DNA from: Pseudorhodoplanes sp.
GTDB taxonomy: Bacteria > Pseudomonadota > Alphaproteobacteria > Rhizobiales > Xanthobacteraceae
Length of the DNA: 64,000 nucleotides
NCBI GenBank assembly: GCA_013388965.1
Contig: JACAEG010000079.1
Span: 1,292-65,291, forward strand
Direction of reading: 5' to 3'
Below, piece after piece: positions 50,748-61,211 of the stretch. Positions within the stretch are counted from its first letter, which is position 1, and every line of letters begins with the position of its first letter. The translations under genes and the position numbers were made by a program. The notes beneath the pieces are model-generated. The model did not search any database and was not told where the DNA came from. It saw only the letters and a list, made by a program, of their open reading frames with translations.

Positions 50748-51731
50748 CTATTTCAGCCAGCCTTTCTCCTTGTAGTATTTCTCGGCGCCGGGATGCAGCG
50801 GTGCGGAATTGCCGTCCTTCACCATCTTCTGCGGATCGAGATTGGCGAAGGCCGGGTGCAGCTTCTTGAACTCGTCGAAATTCTCGAAGGTCGCCTTGAC
50901 GATTTCGTACACGACGGCGTCCGGCACCTTGGCCGAGGTGACGAGCGTCGCCAGCACGCCATAGGTCTCGGTCGGATTGGGATTGCCGCTATACATGCCG
51001 CCGGGGATCGTCGCCTTGGCGTAATAGGGCTTCTCCTTGACGAGCTTGTCCACGGCCGGCCCGGTCAGCGACACGAGCTTGGCGCCGCAGGTCGTGGTCG
51101 GATCCTGGATGTTCGCGGACGGATGACCGACGGCGTAGAAGAAGCCGTCGATCTTGTTGTCGCACAAAGCCGGGCCGTGCTCGTCAGCCTTGAGCTCGGA
51201 CGCGAGCGAGAAATCCGAGAGTTTCCAGCCCATCGCGCCGAGCAGCTCTTCCATCGAACCGCGCGTGCCCGAGCCCGGATTGCCGACATTGAAGCGCTTG
51301 CCCTTGAAGTCCTCGAACTTCGAAATGTTCGCTTCCTTGCGCGCCAGCACCGTGAAAGGCTCCGGGTGCACGGAGAACACCGCGCGCAGATCGCCATAGG
51401 GCTGACCCTTGTAGCCGCCTTCGCCCTTGATGGCATTGAACTGGATGTCGGACTGCGCCATGCCGAAATCGAGTTCGCCCGCCTTGATGGTGTTGATGTT
51501 GAAGGCCGAGCCGCCGGTCGATTCCACCGAGCAGCGGATGCCGTGCTTGGCGCGGTCCTTGTTGACGAGGCGGCAGATCGCGCCGCCGACCGCGTAATAG
51601 ACGCCGGTCACGCCGCCGGTTCCGATGGTGACGAATTTCTGCTGGGCCAGGCCCGGCGTCGCGCTCACCGCAAGCCCGATGGCTGCGGCCGCGCCCAGCA
51701 GGCTGGTGCGCTTGAAATCCAGTGTCAGCAT
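50748..51731 (-). CDS. TAXI-family TRAP solute-binding protein
   Basis: Signal peptide, [22 protein letters not shown] and [10 protein letters not shown]. Confidence 0.95.
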   Translation of the reverse strand: MLTLDFKRTSLLGAAAAIGLAVSATPGLAQQKFVTIGTGGVTGVYYAVGGAICRLVNKDRAKHGIRCSVESTGGSAFNINTIKAGELDFGMAQSDIQFNAIKGEGGYKGQPYGDLRAVFSVHPEPFTVLARKEANISKFEDFKGKRFNVGNPGSGTRGSMEELLGAMGWKLSDFSLASELKADEHGPALCDNKIDGFFYAVGHPSANIQDPTTTCGAKLVSLTGPAVDKLVKEKPYYAKATIPGGMYSGNPNPTETYGVLATLVTSAKVPDAVVYEIVKATFENFDEFKKLHPAFANLDPQKMVKDGNSAPLHPGAEKYYKEKGWLK

Positions 51732-51808
51732 GTCTCTGTTCTCCCGTGGACTTGCGGCGGTGCACTCCGCCTTTGGTCTGAAGGAGGTAGCCTAGACTGC
51801 CGTTCCGG

Positions 51809-53140
51809 CTATTCCAATCCTCCGATGGCGGCATCGACCGCGTCCCCCAGCCGCTCCACCACAAGGTCCACGGCCGGGGCGTCGATAATGAAGGGCGGTG
51901 CCAGCAGCACGTGGTCGCCGGCCGTTCCGTCGGCGGTGCCGCCCGCGGGGTAGACCATCAGCCCGCGCGCCATCGCCTCCCTCTTGATCCTTGCATGCAA
52001 TTTCTTCTTCGGGTCGAAGGGCGTCTTGGCCGAGCGGTCCTCGACCAGCTCGATTGCCTGGAACAGCCCGCGCCCGCGGATGTCGCCGACATAGGGATGA
52101 TTGCCGAAGCGCTCCGACAGCCGCCGCGCAAGCTGCGAACCCATCGCCTTCACATTGTCGAGCAGCCGGTCGCGCTTGATCACGCGCTGCACCGCGAGCG
52201 CCGCCGCGCAGGCGAGCGGATGGCCGAGATAGGTGTGGCCGTGATGGAAAAAACCGGAGCCCTTTGCAAAGGCATCGAAGACTTTCTTCTGCAGGAGCAC
52301 CGCGCCGATCGGCTCGTAGCCGCCGCCAAGGCCCTTGGCGATCGCGACGAGATCGGGAATCACGCCGTCCTGCTCGCAGGCATAGAGCGTGCCGGTGCGA
52401 CCCATGCCGCACATCACCTCGTCGAGCACGAGGACGATGCCGTGCCGGTCGCAGATTTCGCGGATGCGCTTGAAATATCCCGGCGCAGGCGGCACCGCGC
52501 CCGCGGTCGCGCCGACCACCGGCTCCGCCACGAAGGCGATGACATTTTCGCCGCCAAGCTCTGCGATCTTCTCTTCAAGCTGATCGGCTGCACGCCGCCC
52601 GTAATCCTCCAGGCTCTCGCCTGGCTTCTGGTGGCGATAGGCGAAGCAGGGATCGATGTGATGCGCCTCGTAGAGCAGCGGTGCGAACATGTCGCGGCGC
52701 GACTTGTGCCCGCCGGTCGCGAGCGCGCCGAGCGTATTGCCGTGATAGCTCTGCCGCCGCGCGATGATGTGGCGGCGCTGTCCTTGGCCGATCTCGACGA
52801 AATACTGGCGCGCCATTTTCAGCGCGGCCTCGATCGCCTCCGAGCCGCCGGAGACGAAATAGACATGCGATATCCCCGTCGGCGCATCGGCGACGAGCGC
52901 GTCGGCAAGCTCCTCCGCGACCTGCGTCGTGAAGAAGCTGGTATGCGCATAGGCGAGCTTGTCGAGCTGATCGTGGATCGCGCGCGTCACGTCGGGATGG
53001 CCGTGGCCGAGGCACGACACGGCGGCGCCTCCCGACGCATCGAGATAGTCGCGTCCCTTGTCATCGTAGATGTAAAGGCCCGCCCCGCGCACGGCCAGGG
53101 GTAGCTCGGCGGAAATCTGGCGGTGGAGGATATGGGTCAT
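51809..53140 (-). CDS. Class III PLP aminotransferase
   Basis: YLDASGGAAVSCLGH, SGGSEA, SYHG, DEVMCGMGRTG and AKGLGGGY. Confidence 0.92.
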   Translation of the reverse strand: MTHILHRQISAELPLAVRGAGLYIYDDKGRDYLDASGGAAVSCLGHGHPDVTRAIHDQLDKLAYAHTSFFTTQVAEELADALVADAPTGISHVYFVSGGSEAIEAALKMARQYFVEIGQGQRRHIIARRQSYHGNTLGALATGGHKSRRDMFAPLLYEAHHIDPCFAYRHQKPGESLEDYGRRAADQLEEKIAELGGENVIAFVAEPVVGATAGAVPPAPGYFKRIREICDRHGIVLVLDEVMCGMGRTGTLYACEQDGVIPDLVAIAKGLGGGYEPIGAVLLQKKVFDAFAKGSGFFHHGHTYLGHPLACAAALAVQRVIKRDRLLDNVKAMGSQLARRLSERFGNHPYVGDIRGRGLFQAIELVEDRSAKTPFDPKKKLHARIKREAMARGLMVYPAGGTADGTAGDHVLLAPPFIIDAPAVDLVVERLGDAVDAAIGGLE

Positions 53141-53285
53141 GAGCGGGTTCCGGCGGGCGCTTTCGGATGAGCCAGCGCAGCGAAACCCATAGGGCGAGGC
53201 GCGTCAATTCCATAGGGGTGATGCCGTCCCTGGAAGCGCTCCGCGCGTTTGCGCCCAGGCAAATCGGGCCCGCATGCAACGAAAC

Positions 53286-53305
53286 GGCCGGGGCAAGCCC
53301 CGGCC
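53286..53305 (-). terminator. Hairpin terminator of the PRC-barrel gene
   Basis: GGCCGGGGC-AA-GCCCCGGCC, followed by GTTTCGTT on the minus strand. Confidence 0.55.
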
Positions 53306-53328
53306 ATCGCGTCATCCGGCCGAAAGGA

Positions 53329-53772
53329 TCAGTCCGGATACTTGTATTGCGGCAGCGCCTTGAGCTGGTCCTTCGTCATGTTCAGCATGCCATGCTCGGG
53401 ATAGCCGTGCTCCGTCGTCGTGGTCGTGCCGCCCGTGCCGGTCGTGCGGACCGCCTTCTCAACCCATTTCAGCTCGGTGAAGGGGACCGCCACATCGTGC
53501 TCGCCCATGCCGAGAAAGCCGCCGACACCGAGCACGACCGCGCGCACGCGCCCGCTCTGGTCGATCAGCAATTCCTCGATCTCGCCGACCTTCTCGTTCT
53601 GCGGATTGTGAACCGCAAGTCCGGTCAGTTTCGACGCCCGCCAGCCATTGGCCGCTGCGCTGCGGTTGAATTCCGCTGCCGCGGCATTGCGGCTCGCATC
53701 GGCGGGCGCCTGCGCGTAGGCAACGCCCGCCAGCATCGCGACACCAAGTGCCGCCGTCATCACTTTCATCAT
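53329..53772 (-). CDS. Secreted PRC-barrel domain protein
   Basis: Signal peptide, RASKLTGLAVHN, GVGGFLGMGEHDVAVP and TKDQLKALP. Confidence 0.88.
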   Translation of the reverse strand: MMKVMTAALGVAMLAGVAYAQAPADASRNAAAAEFNRSAAANGWRASKLTGLAVHNPQNEKVGEIEELLIDQSGRVRAVVLGVGGFLGMGEHDVAVPFTELKWVEKAVRTTGTGGTTTTTEHGYPEHGMLNMTKDQLKALPQYKYPD

Positions 53773-53807
53773 CGTCACACCTCCGTGGTCAAAGCGCGTG
53801 AGCCATG

Positions 53808-53832
53808 AACGCCGCAGGTGTGATTTGGTTCA
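53808..53832 (-). promoter_or_regulatory. EcfG-type promoter
   Basis: TGAAC-N16-CGTT on the minus strand, upstream of the PRC-barrel gene. Confidence 0.5.
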
Positions 53833-53876
53833 GCGCGGTCGCGCCGAATTCCGACGCGCCGTGGCGGCTTTTGAGC

Positions 53877-54296
53877 CTACGCCCTCGCCGCGTCGCGGAT
53901 GCGCATGATGCCGATGGAATCGAGTTCCATCTGCTCCTTCGCGCCGATTTCCGCGCGTTCGCGCGCCTGATCGCGCTCGTCGAGCAGCTCGACCTTCTTC
54001 AGCTCCTCGAAGGCTTCGGCGAGCTGCGCGCGGGCTTCCTCGAGCTGGCCCTTGAGCTCCTCGGCCGAGCGCCTGAGGTTGTCGCGCCGCTGCATCGCCG
54101 CCTTGGCATAGGTCGGATAGGCGAAATGCGCGGGATCGTGGATTCCGGCCCGGTCCTGCTCGGTCTTGATCTCGCGGTCGAGATCGACACACATCCGGTC
54201 GAATTCGGCGATCATGGCCTCGATCTGCGCCGCGCGGCGGCGCTTCTCGTCGACCTGGAATTTCCGCAAGCGGATCAGCGTCTCTCGTGACTTCAT
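53877..54296 (-). CDS. fliJ: Flagellar export protein
   Basis: MKSRETLIRLRKFQVDEKRR, HFAYPTYAKAA and a coiled coil; follows fliI. Confidence 0.85.
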   Translation of the reverse strand: MKSRETLIRLRKFQVDEKRRRAAQIEAMIAEFDRMCVDLDREIKTEQDRAGIHDPAHFAYPTYAKAAMQRRDNLRRSAEELKGQLEEARAQLAEAFEELKKVELLDERDQARERAEIGAKEQMELDSIGIMRIRDAARA

Positions 54297-54422
54297 CGAC
54301 TCATACTCCCCCGAAGCCAGCCACTGTCGGGAATGCCGCAAAAACACGCCGGCAGACGGCAAAAGTCCGGTCGCGACAGCGCGGCCGTCCAGAACAACTG
54401 CCGGGATAGTGAGCCGACACAG

Positions 54423-55745
54423 TTATTTTTCGGTTTCCAGGGCCGGGAGAATTGCGGCAAGGCGCTGATATCCTTCGAGCAACGGCGTGGCTTCGTCCTT
54501 GCCCTGGCGCAGAAAATCCTCCAGCGGCCCGTGCAGGCGGATGGCCTCGTCGACCTCGGGACTGGAGCCGGGGCGGTAGGCGCCGAGCCGGATCAGTTCC
54601 TCCATGTCGGCATAGGTTGCCATGACTTGCCGCGCCCGCGTCAGGACCGGCAGGAAGTCTGGATTGGCGGCGCGCGGCATGGTGCGCGAGATGGATTTGA
54701 GGATGTTGATCGCGGGATAGCGGCCGCGTTCGGCGATGGCGCGCTCCATCACGATATGGCCGTCGAGAATGCCGCGCACCGCGTCCGCGATCGGCTCGTT
54801 GTGGTCGTCGGCATCGACCAGCACGGTGAAAATGCCGGTGATCGTGCCCTGCTCGGTGCCAGGTCCGGCCCGCTCCAGAAGCTTAGGCAATTCCGTAAAG
54901 ACGGTCGGGGTATAGCCCTTGGCGGTGGGTGGTTCACCGGCCGATAGGCCGATCTCGCGCTGCGCCATCGCGAAGCGGGTCACCGAATCCATCAGCGCCA
55001 GCACGTCCTTGCCGTCGTCGCGGAACGCTTCCGCGATCGCAAGCGTCAGATAGGCCGCCTGCCGTCGCATCAGCGCCGGCTCGTCCGAGGTCGAGACCAC
55101 GACCACCGAACGGGCGAGGCCCTCCTCGCCGAGATCGTCCTGCAGAAATTCCTGCACCTCGCGGCCGCGTTCTCCGACCAGGCCAATGACCGACACGTCC
55201 GCTTTCACGTTGCGGGCAAGCATCGACAGCAGCACCGACTTGCCGACGCCCGAGCCGGAGAAGATGCCCATGCGCTGGCCGCGGCAGCAGGTGACGAAGG
55301 TGTTGAGCGCGCGCACGCCCAGATCGAGCGGCGCGCCGACCCGCTGCCTGGCATGCGCCGGCGGCGGCGCATTGCGGAAGGGATAGGGCGAGGCGCCCGC
55401 CGGCAGCGGCCCCCTGCCGTCGATCGGCTCACCCATCGCATTGACGACGCGCCCGAGCCAGCCAGCGGAAGGCCGTACAGCGCCCGGCGCCTTGCTCACG
55501 ATCGCGCGGCAGCCGCGCCGCACGCCTTCCAGCGCCCCGAACGGCATCAGCAGCGCGCGCTCCCCTTCGAAGCCCACGACCTCGCAGGGGATCGGCTTTC
55601 CGCCGGTCTCGATGGTGATGCGCGCGCCGACCGACATGGCGTAGATCGGCCCCGCGACCTCGACCATGAGGCCGCGCACGCCCACGACCCGGCCGTAGAT
55701 CTCGATCGAGTCGACTTCCGCGATCTGTTCCGCGAGCGCCTTCAA
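54423..55745 (-). CDS. fliI: Flagellar export ATPase
   Basis: [26 protein letters not shown] and LLERAG motifs. Confidence 0.96.
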   Translation of the reverse strand: MKALAEQIAEVDSIEIYGRVVGVRGLMVEVAGPIYAMSVGARITIETGGKPIPCEVVGFEGERALLMPFGALEGVRRGCRAIVSKAPGAVRPSAGWLGRVVNAMGEPIDGRGPLPAGASPYPFRNAPPPAHARQRVGAPLDLGVRALNTFVTCCRGQRMGIFSGSGVGKSVLLSMLARNVKADVSVIGLVGERGREVQEFLQDDLGEEGLARSVVVVSTSDEPALMRRQAAYLTLAIAEAFRDDGKDVLALMDSVTRFAMAQREIGLSAGEPPTAKGYTPTVFTELPKLLERAGPGTEQGTITGIFTVLVDADDHNEPIADAVRGILDGHIVMERAIAERGRYPAINILKSISRTMPRAANPDFLPVLTRARQVMATYADMEELIRLGAYRPGSSPEVDEAIRLHGPLEDFLRQGKDEATPLLEGYQRLAAILPALETEK

Positions 55746-55784
55746 GACGACAGGGCCTTCATATTCGTTGCCAGAGCGTTGCCC

Positions 55785-56042
55785 TTAACCTCGTATTTAC
55801 CCGGGTCATTAATGATTTACGCCGCGTTCTTGCGATCTGCGAAGGACTGGGATGCCGGTTAACCCGGCGGCCGAGTCCGGAGAATCGGTTAAGCCCGGTT
55901 CTTTAAGTGGTACATGAACAGGCGCATAGGTAGAAAACCTTATCGCCGCAAGAATTTAGGCCGATTCGTCATGATTTGGCCATCGAGTGCTTGCGGATCA
56001 GAATCAGGTTTTGTTAACCATGCGTTGTTAATGTCCCGATTC
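55785..56042. promoter_or_regulatory. Divergent fliI/ctrA control region with CtrA sites and clustered GANTC (CcrM) sites
   Basis: TTAA-N7-TTTAC (55785-55800), TTAACCAT half site (56014), and GANTC at 55873, 55882, 55963, 56001 and 56038. Confidence 0.65.
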
Positions 56043-56123
56043 GTATTGTTGCAAGGCGTTCCGAGGGCCGCCGCTTAGGGCGCGCCAACCTTAGGCCCCG
56101 CAGCGGCGAAGAAGGGGACTGGC

Positions 56124-56825
56124 ATGCGCGTTTTGCTGATTGAGGATGACAGCGCGACAGCGCAGTCGATCGAGTTGATGCTCAAGTCCGAGAGCTTCAA
56201 CGTCTACACCACCGATCTTGGTGAGGAAGGCGTGGACCTCGGGAAACTCTACGACTACGACATCATCCTCCTGGATCTGAATTTGCCCGACATGTCGGGC
56301 TTCGAGGTGCTCCGGCACCTGCGCGTCTCCAAGGTGAAGACTCCCATCCTGATCCTCTCCGGCCTCGCCGGGATCGAGGACAAGGTGCGCGGCCTTGGCT
56401 TCGGCGCCGACGATTACATGACCAAGCCATTCCACAAGGACGAGCTGATCGCGCGCATTCACGCGATCGTGCGCCGCTCCAAGGGACATGCGCAGTCGGT
56501 CATCAATACCGGCGATCTCGTCGTCAATCTCGACCAGAAGACGGTCGAGGTCGGCGGCAACCGGGTGCATCTGACCGGCAAGGAATATCAGATGCTCGAA
56601 CTGCTTTCGCTCCGCAAGGGGACCACGCTGACCAAGGAGATGTTCCTCAATCATCTCTATGGCGGCATGGACGAGCCGGAGCTGAAAATCATCGATGTGT
56701 TCATCTGCAAGCTGCGCAAGAAGCTCGCGAATGCATCGAGCGGCAAGAACTACATCGAGACCGTCTGGGGCCGCGGCTATGTGCTGCGCGAGCCCTCCGA
56801 CGCGGACGAACGCATTCCGGCCTGA
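56124..56825 (+). CDS. ctrA: Cell-cycle response regulator
   Basis: [46 protein letters not shown] and IETVWGRGY. Confidence 0.98.
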   Translation: MRVLLIEDDSATAQSIELMLKSESFNVYTTDLGEEGVDLGKLYDYDIILLDLNLPDMSGFEVLRHLRVSKVKTPILILSGLAGIEDKVRGLGFGADDYMTKPFHKDELIARIHAIVRRSKGHAQSVINTGDLVVNLDQKTVEVGGNRVHLTGKEYQMLELLSLRKGTTLTKEMFLNHLYGGMDEPELKIIDVFICKLRKKLANASSGKNYIETVWGRGYVLREPSDADERIPA

Positions 56826-56887
56826 CCGCCGGCGAAGGGATTCGAGAGAGTTTCTGCACGCGCCTGAGAGCTCTCCCCCCAGACTTC

Positions 56888-56918
56888 AACCCCGCCGGAA
56901 ATGGCGGGGTTTTTGTTT
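56888..56918 (+). terminator. Rho-independent terminator of ctrA
   Basis: AACCCCGCC-GGAAAT-GGCGGGGTT followed by TTTGTTT. Confidence 0.8.
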
Positions 56919-57069
56919 GCCCGGTTTCAGTCAGGTCTGTTCCGACGCGTTCAAGGCTTGCGGCGCACCTCAGCGTCACGCCCCGCTCCGGCAAATGCAT
57001 CGACGCGGCAAGACGCAGCGTATAAGGTCGTCTCCGTCGGGGGTTTTGTATTATGCGTAGTCACTGCGA

Positions 57070-58203
57070 ATGACCGTCGCGCGGTATCATGCAGTCGTTC
57101 TGGCGGCGGCTCTCCCCTTGTTGTGCGCAGCCTGCGCGGGGCGCCCGGTGGAGGGCGTTCTGGTGCCTGTGAGCCAGACCGCCGCAGGCACCTCGCACGT
57201 CCCCATTCTCGTCGCCACGACGCGCCGGCGCACGGACAAGAATCCCGGCGAAATGTTCAGCGGCGAGCGTGCCGAAGCGACGTCCTATGCCGCCGTTACG
57301 GTCTCCATTCCGCCGGACAGCGTGAGAAAGATCGGAGAGGTGCAATGGCCAGCGACACTGCCGGGCGATCCCAGCCGCAATTTCGTCACGGTCTCCGCGA
57401 ACTACATCGACGACAAGGAATTCAAGGCGAGCATCGGCAGGATCGCTAAGCAGACCGGCCGCAGGAAGGTGCTGGTCTTCGTCCACGGCTTCAACAATCG
57501 CTTCGACGATGCGGTCTATCGCTTCGCGCAGATCGTGCACGACTCGAAGGCGCCGGTGATCCCGGTCATGTTCACCTGGCCGTCGCGGGGCGAGGTGAAG
57601 CTGCGCTCCTATACCTACGATCGGGAAAGCGCCAATTACTCGCGCGACGCGCTTGAGGAACTGCTGGACTCGCTCGCGCGCGATCCCGCCGTCGTCGAGG
57701 TCAATGTGCTGGCTCACTCGATGGGAAACTGGGTGACGCTGGAGGCGCTGCGCGGACGCTCCATCCGGGCGAACCGCTCCGCGGGGCGGCCGGGGACAGA
57801 CAAATTGAAGAACGTGATGCTGGTTGCGCCGGACGTGGATGTGGATGTGTTTCGCACCCAGATCCAGCGCATGGGCGCCGCCCGGCCGCGCATGGCCCTG
57901 TTCGTCTCGCAGGACGACACGGCGCTCGACCTGTCAAGGACGATCTGGGGCGGCGTGCCAAGGCTGGGCGAAATCGACCCCACCGCCGAGCCCTACCGCA
58001 GCGAGCTCGAGCGCGACAACATCCTCGTGTTCGATCTCACGGGTCTCAAGACACCGGGCGACAACGCGCATAGCCGCGCATTCGACGACATCACCACCGT
58101 GATGGGAATGATCAAGCAGCGGCTGAGCGAGGGCCAGTCGCTGGGCGATCAGCGCGGAAGCTCGACGGAGCGCATCGAGGCCTCCGCGATGGCGGCCCGC
58201 TAG
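57070..58203 (+). CDS. DUF900-type alpha/beta hydrolase, probable lipoprotein
   Basis: Lipobox-like AAC, VFVHGFNN, FTWPS, AHSMG and APDVD. Confidence 0.82.
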   Translation: MTVARYHAVVLAAALPLLCAACAGRPVEGVLVPVSQTAAGTSHVPILVATTRRRTDKNPGEMFSGERAEATSYAAVTVSIPPDSVRKIGEVQWPATLPGDPSRNFVTVSANYIDDKEFKASIGRIAKQTGRRKVLVFVHGFNNRFDDAVYRFAQIVHDSKAPVIPVMFTWPSRGEVKLRSYTYDRESANYSRDALEELLDSLARDPAVVEVNVLAHSMGNWVTLEALRGRSIRANRSAGRPGTDKLKNVMLVAPDVDVDVFRTQIQRMGAARPRMALFVSQDDTALDLSRTIWGGVPRLGEIDPTAEPYRSELERDNILVFDLTGLKTPGDNAHSRAFDDITTVMGMIKQRLSEGQSLGDQRGSSTERIEASAMAAR

Positions 58204-58227
58204 CCTCGCGCCAGCTTCCGCGATGCG

Positions 58228-59100
58228 TTACGCAACCTGAACGGCCGGCCGCAGCGGCGTCGGGCGCGAGGCCGGCGCCACCGCAGCCGGGCGGTTCAGC
58301 TCGTAGACGCCGCGCCGCTCCTGCACAGCGCGGAACGTTTCGGTCAGGCCGATCACGGTCTCTGCCGCGCCGAGCGTGAGATAGCCATCGGGCGCGGTGA
58401 TGCGGGCGATGCGGTTGATCACGTCGATCTTGGTCGCCTGCTCGAAATAGATCAGCACATTGCGGCAGAACACGATGTCGAAGGTCCCGATCGCAGAGAA
58501 ATCGTGGAGCAGATTGAGCGGGCGATATTGCACCATCGCCTTGATGTCCGGCGAAATCTGCCACATCTCGCCGACCTGCGAAAAATACTTGACCAGAAGC
58601 TGGATCGGCAGTCCGCGCTGCACCTCAAACTGGCTGTAGATCCCGGACTTCGCCTTTTCGAGAATCTCGTTGGAAATATCGGTTGCGACGATCTCGATGC
58701 GGTAGCCCGCGATCTGCGCGCCCATTTCCTTCAGCGTGATTGCGAGCGAATAGGGCTCCTGCCCGCTCGCGGCCGCCGCGCACCAGATGCGGATGCGGCG
58801 CTGCGCCGCCCGCGCCGCCAGCAGCCTGGGCATCATGAATTCGCGGAAATGATCGAACGGGATCTTGTCGCGAAAGAAGAAGGATTCGTTGGTCGTCATC
58901 GCCTCGACAACCTCGACGATCAGGGCCTCGGCGCCCGGTCCTTTCAGCTTCTGGACGAGGTCCGACAGGCCCTGCAAGCCGGCCTTGCGCGCAACCGGCA
59001 GAAGCCTGCTTTCGACGAGATAATGCTTGTCCGACGACAGCATCAGGCCCGAGCGGCTCTTGAGGAGCTTGCAGATGAAATCATAATCGGACGGCGTCAC
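58228..59100 (-). CDS. cheR: Chemotaxis methyltransferase
   Basis: [25 protein letters not shown] and FCRNVLIYF. Confidence 0.96.
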   Translation of the reverse strand: MTPSDYDFICKLLKSRSGLMLSSDKHYLVESRLLPVARKAGLQGLSDLVQKLKGPGAEALIVEVVEAMTTNESFFFRDKIPFDHFREFMMPRLLAARAAQRRIRIWCAAAASGQEPYSLAITLKEMGAQIAGYRIEIVATDISNEILEKAKSGIYSQFEVQRGLPIQLLVKYFSQVGEMWQISPDIKAMVQYRPLNLLHDFSAIGTFDIVFCRNVLIYFEQATKIDVINRIARITAPDGYLTLGAAETVIGLTETFRAVQERRGVYELNRPAAVAPASRPTPLRPAVQVA

Positions 59101-60278
59101 GGCCTTTCTCCCGAAAACAGGCGCACGATTCTCGGCGCGATGTCAGGCAGCGGCAAAATCGCCGCGCACAATCCGGCCTCCGCGACCGAGCCGGGCATGC
59201 CCCAGACCACGCTTGTGGCTTCGTCCTGGGCGATGATGCTGCCGCCGGCATTGACGATGTCGGCCGCGCCATGAGTGCCGTCCGAACCCATGCCGGTGAG
59301 GACGACCCCGAGCAGATGACTGCCCCAGTACGACGCGGCCGACGAAAACAGCGGATCCACGGCCGGCCGGCAGAAATTGACCTGCGGCCCGTCGTCGAGC
59401 GCGATTACCGCACCCGCGTCGCGGCGCTTGACCCGCATGTGCAGGCCGCCCGGCGCAACGAAAATGCCCCCGGCGACGATCGGCTCGCCGTCGCGCGCCT
59501 CATGCACGGGCTTTCCGGAGGAGCGCGCCAGATGCTCGGCCAGGATCGTGGTGAAGGTCGGCGGCATGTGCTGCGTGATCAGAATGGGCACGCGCATGGC
59601 GACATCGCCCAGCGCGGTCACCACCTGCGTCAGCGCCTGCGGGCCGCCGGTCGAGGAGCCGATCACGATGGCGCGCGGCGGCGTCTTCGGCAGCGAGCGC
59701 GTACAGGGTGCGGCGACATGAACAGGGGCATGGACGCGCGCCGCAGGCTTTGCCTGAGCCCGCTCGTCCCCACCCTCCGGGTGCTCCGGCTCCCGCACCG
59801 GTGCGGGACGCGGGCGCACCCTCAAGCGCGACTTGCGGCGCCCGAGGCCGCGAACCTTTTCGATCAGCTCCCGGCTGAAATCGACCGTGTCGGTCGCATT
59901 GTTGGCGTCGGGCTTGGGAATGCAGTCGAGCGCGCCGAGCGAGAGCGCCTTGAGCGTGATTTCGGCATTCCGGCGCGTGAGCGTGGAAGCCATGATGACG
60001 CCGAGCCCGGGTTTCTTCTCCAGCAGCAACGGCAAGGCGGAAATGCCGTCGAGGTCCGGCATCTCGATGTCGAGGACGACAATGTCCGGGTCGATCCGCT
60101 CGACGTGATCGATGGCCTCGCGCCCGCTGCGAAAGGAGGCGGCGAATTCGAGATCCGGCTCGCGGTCGATCCAGCGCTTGTAGAAGCCGCGCGCAACCAC
60201 GGAATCGTCGACGATCATGACGCGGATCGGCGCCGGCGAATTCGGCAGAACGGACTGTGCGGGAGCGGGACTGATCAC
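59097..60278 (-). CDS. cheB: Chemotaxis methylesterase (REC + esterase)
   Basis: LDIEMP, GSSTGGP, TQHMP and LTGMGSDG. Confidence 0.96.
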   Translation of the reverse strand: MISPAPAQSVLPNSPAPIRVMIVDDSVVARGFYKRWIDREPDLEFAASFRSGREAIDHVERIDPDIVVLDIEMPDLDGISALPLLLEKKPGLGVIMASTLTRRNAEITLKALSLGALDCIPKPDANNATDTVDFSRELIEKVRGLGRRKSRLRVRPRPAPVREPEHPEGGDERAQAKPAARVHAPVHVAAPCTRSLPKTPPRAIVIGSSTGGPQALTQVVTALGDVAMRVPILITQHMPPTFTTILAEHLARSSGKPVHEARDGEPIVAGGIFVAPGGLHMRVKRRDAGAVIALDDGPQVNFCRPAVDPLFSSAASYWGSHLLGVVLTGMGSDGTHGAADIVNAGGSIIAQDEATSVVWGMPGSVAEAGLCAAILPLPDIAPRIVRLFSGERP

Positions 60279-60330
60279 GATACTCGTTACTCGGTGAATA
60301 CGGCTGCGGCGGGAAGCGTGCAGCGCCTTC

Positions 60331-60696
60331 TCAGATCAATCCGACCTCGTGAAACTTCGCCTCTACGATATCCTTGTCGAACGGCTTCATGATGTATTCG
60401 TTGGCGCCGGCATGCAGCGCGCGCGCGATATGCGCGACATCGTTCTCCGTCGTGCAGAACACGACCTTCGGCCGGTCGCCGCCGGGAAGCCGCCGCAGCG
60501 CCTTCAGGAAGTCGTAACCGTCCATCTTCGGCATGTTCCAGTCGAGCAGGATCGCATCGGGCAGCGTCTTCTGGCAGGCGGTCAGCGCCTGCTCGCCGTC
60601 CTCGGCCTCCAGAATCTGGAATTCGAAGCCTTCCAGGATTCGGCGCGCGACCTTCCGGATCACGCTCGAATCGTCGACAACGAGACAGGTCTTCAT
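60331..60696 (-). CDS. cheY: Single-domain response regulator
   Basis: VVDDS, LDWNMP, CTTE and KPF in the che operon. Confidence 0.92.
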   Translation of the reverse strand: MKTCLVVDDSSVIRKVARRILEGFEFQILEAEDGEQALTACQKTLPDAILLDWNMPKMDGYDFLKALRRLPGGDRPKVVFCTTENDVAHIARALHAGANEYIMKPFDKDIVEAKFHEVGLI

Positions 60697-60736
60697 CGCA
60701 CCCTCACTTCGCCGCGCGCCGGAATTCCGGGGCTCG

Positions 60737-61210
60737 TCAGGCAGCAGCCTTGGTATTGAGCTTCAGGTCCAGCAGGCGCTCGACATCGAGAATGACAAGC
60801 AACTGGTCTTCCAGGCGATGCACGCCCGCGGCCACCTGGGCGAGGCGCGCATCGAGATTGACCGGCACGGCCTCGCGGCCCTCCTCGCTCAGGCGCAGGA
60901 CCTCGCCCACCGAATCGATGACGAGCCCGTAGGATTCGCCGTCGCAATCGATGCCGACCGCCATCGCCTCGCCGTCGTCGGTGCGCGGCGGCATGCCGAG
61001 ACGGCAGCGCATGTTGATCGCCGTGACGATACGGCCGCGCAGGTTGAGCACACCCGCGATTTCGTCCGGCGCCAGCGGCACCGGCGTCAGGCTGCCCGGC
61101 ATGAACACGTCCTGCACCCGCGAGATCGGCAGGCCGAACAGCTGGCCGCAGATCGTGACCGTGACGTATTCGATTTCGTCCTGATGAGCGTCTTCTTTCA
61201 TGGCATTCAT
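60737..61210 (-). CDS. cheW: Chemotaxis coupling protein
   Basis: PVPLAP, GVLNLRGRIV and GLVIDSVGEV. Confidence 0.94.
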   Translation of the reverse strand: MNAMKEDAHQDEIEYVTVTICGQLFGLPISRVQDVFMPGSLTPVPLAPDEIAGVLNLRGRIVTAINMRCRLGMPPRTDDGEAMAVGIDCDGESYGLVIDSVGEVLRLSEEGREAVPVNLDARLAQVAAGVHRLEDQLLVILDVERLLDLKLNTKAAA

Positions 61211-61211
61211 G

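Noticed and set aside
53329-53772. PRC-barrel protein as a photosynthetic reaction-centre H subunit (puhA)
   Set aside because: It is a short secreted PRC-barrel of the widespread non-photosynthetic type, far from the pigment genes and lacking the PuhA N-terminus.
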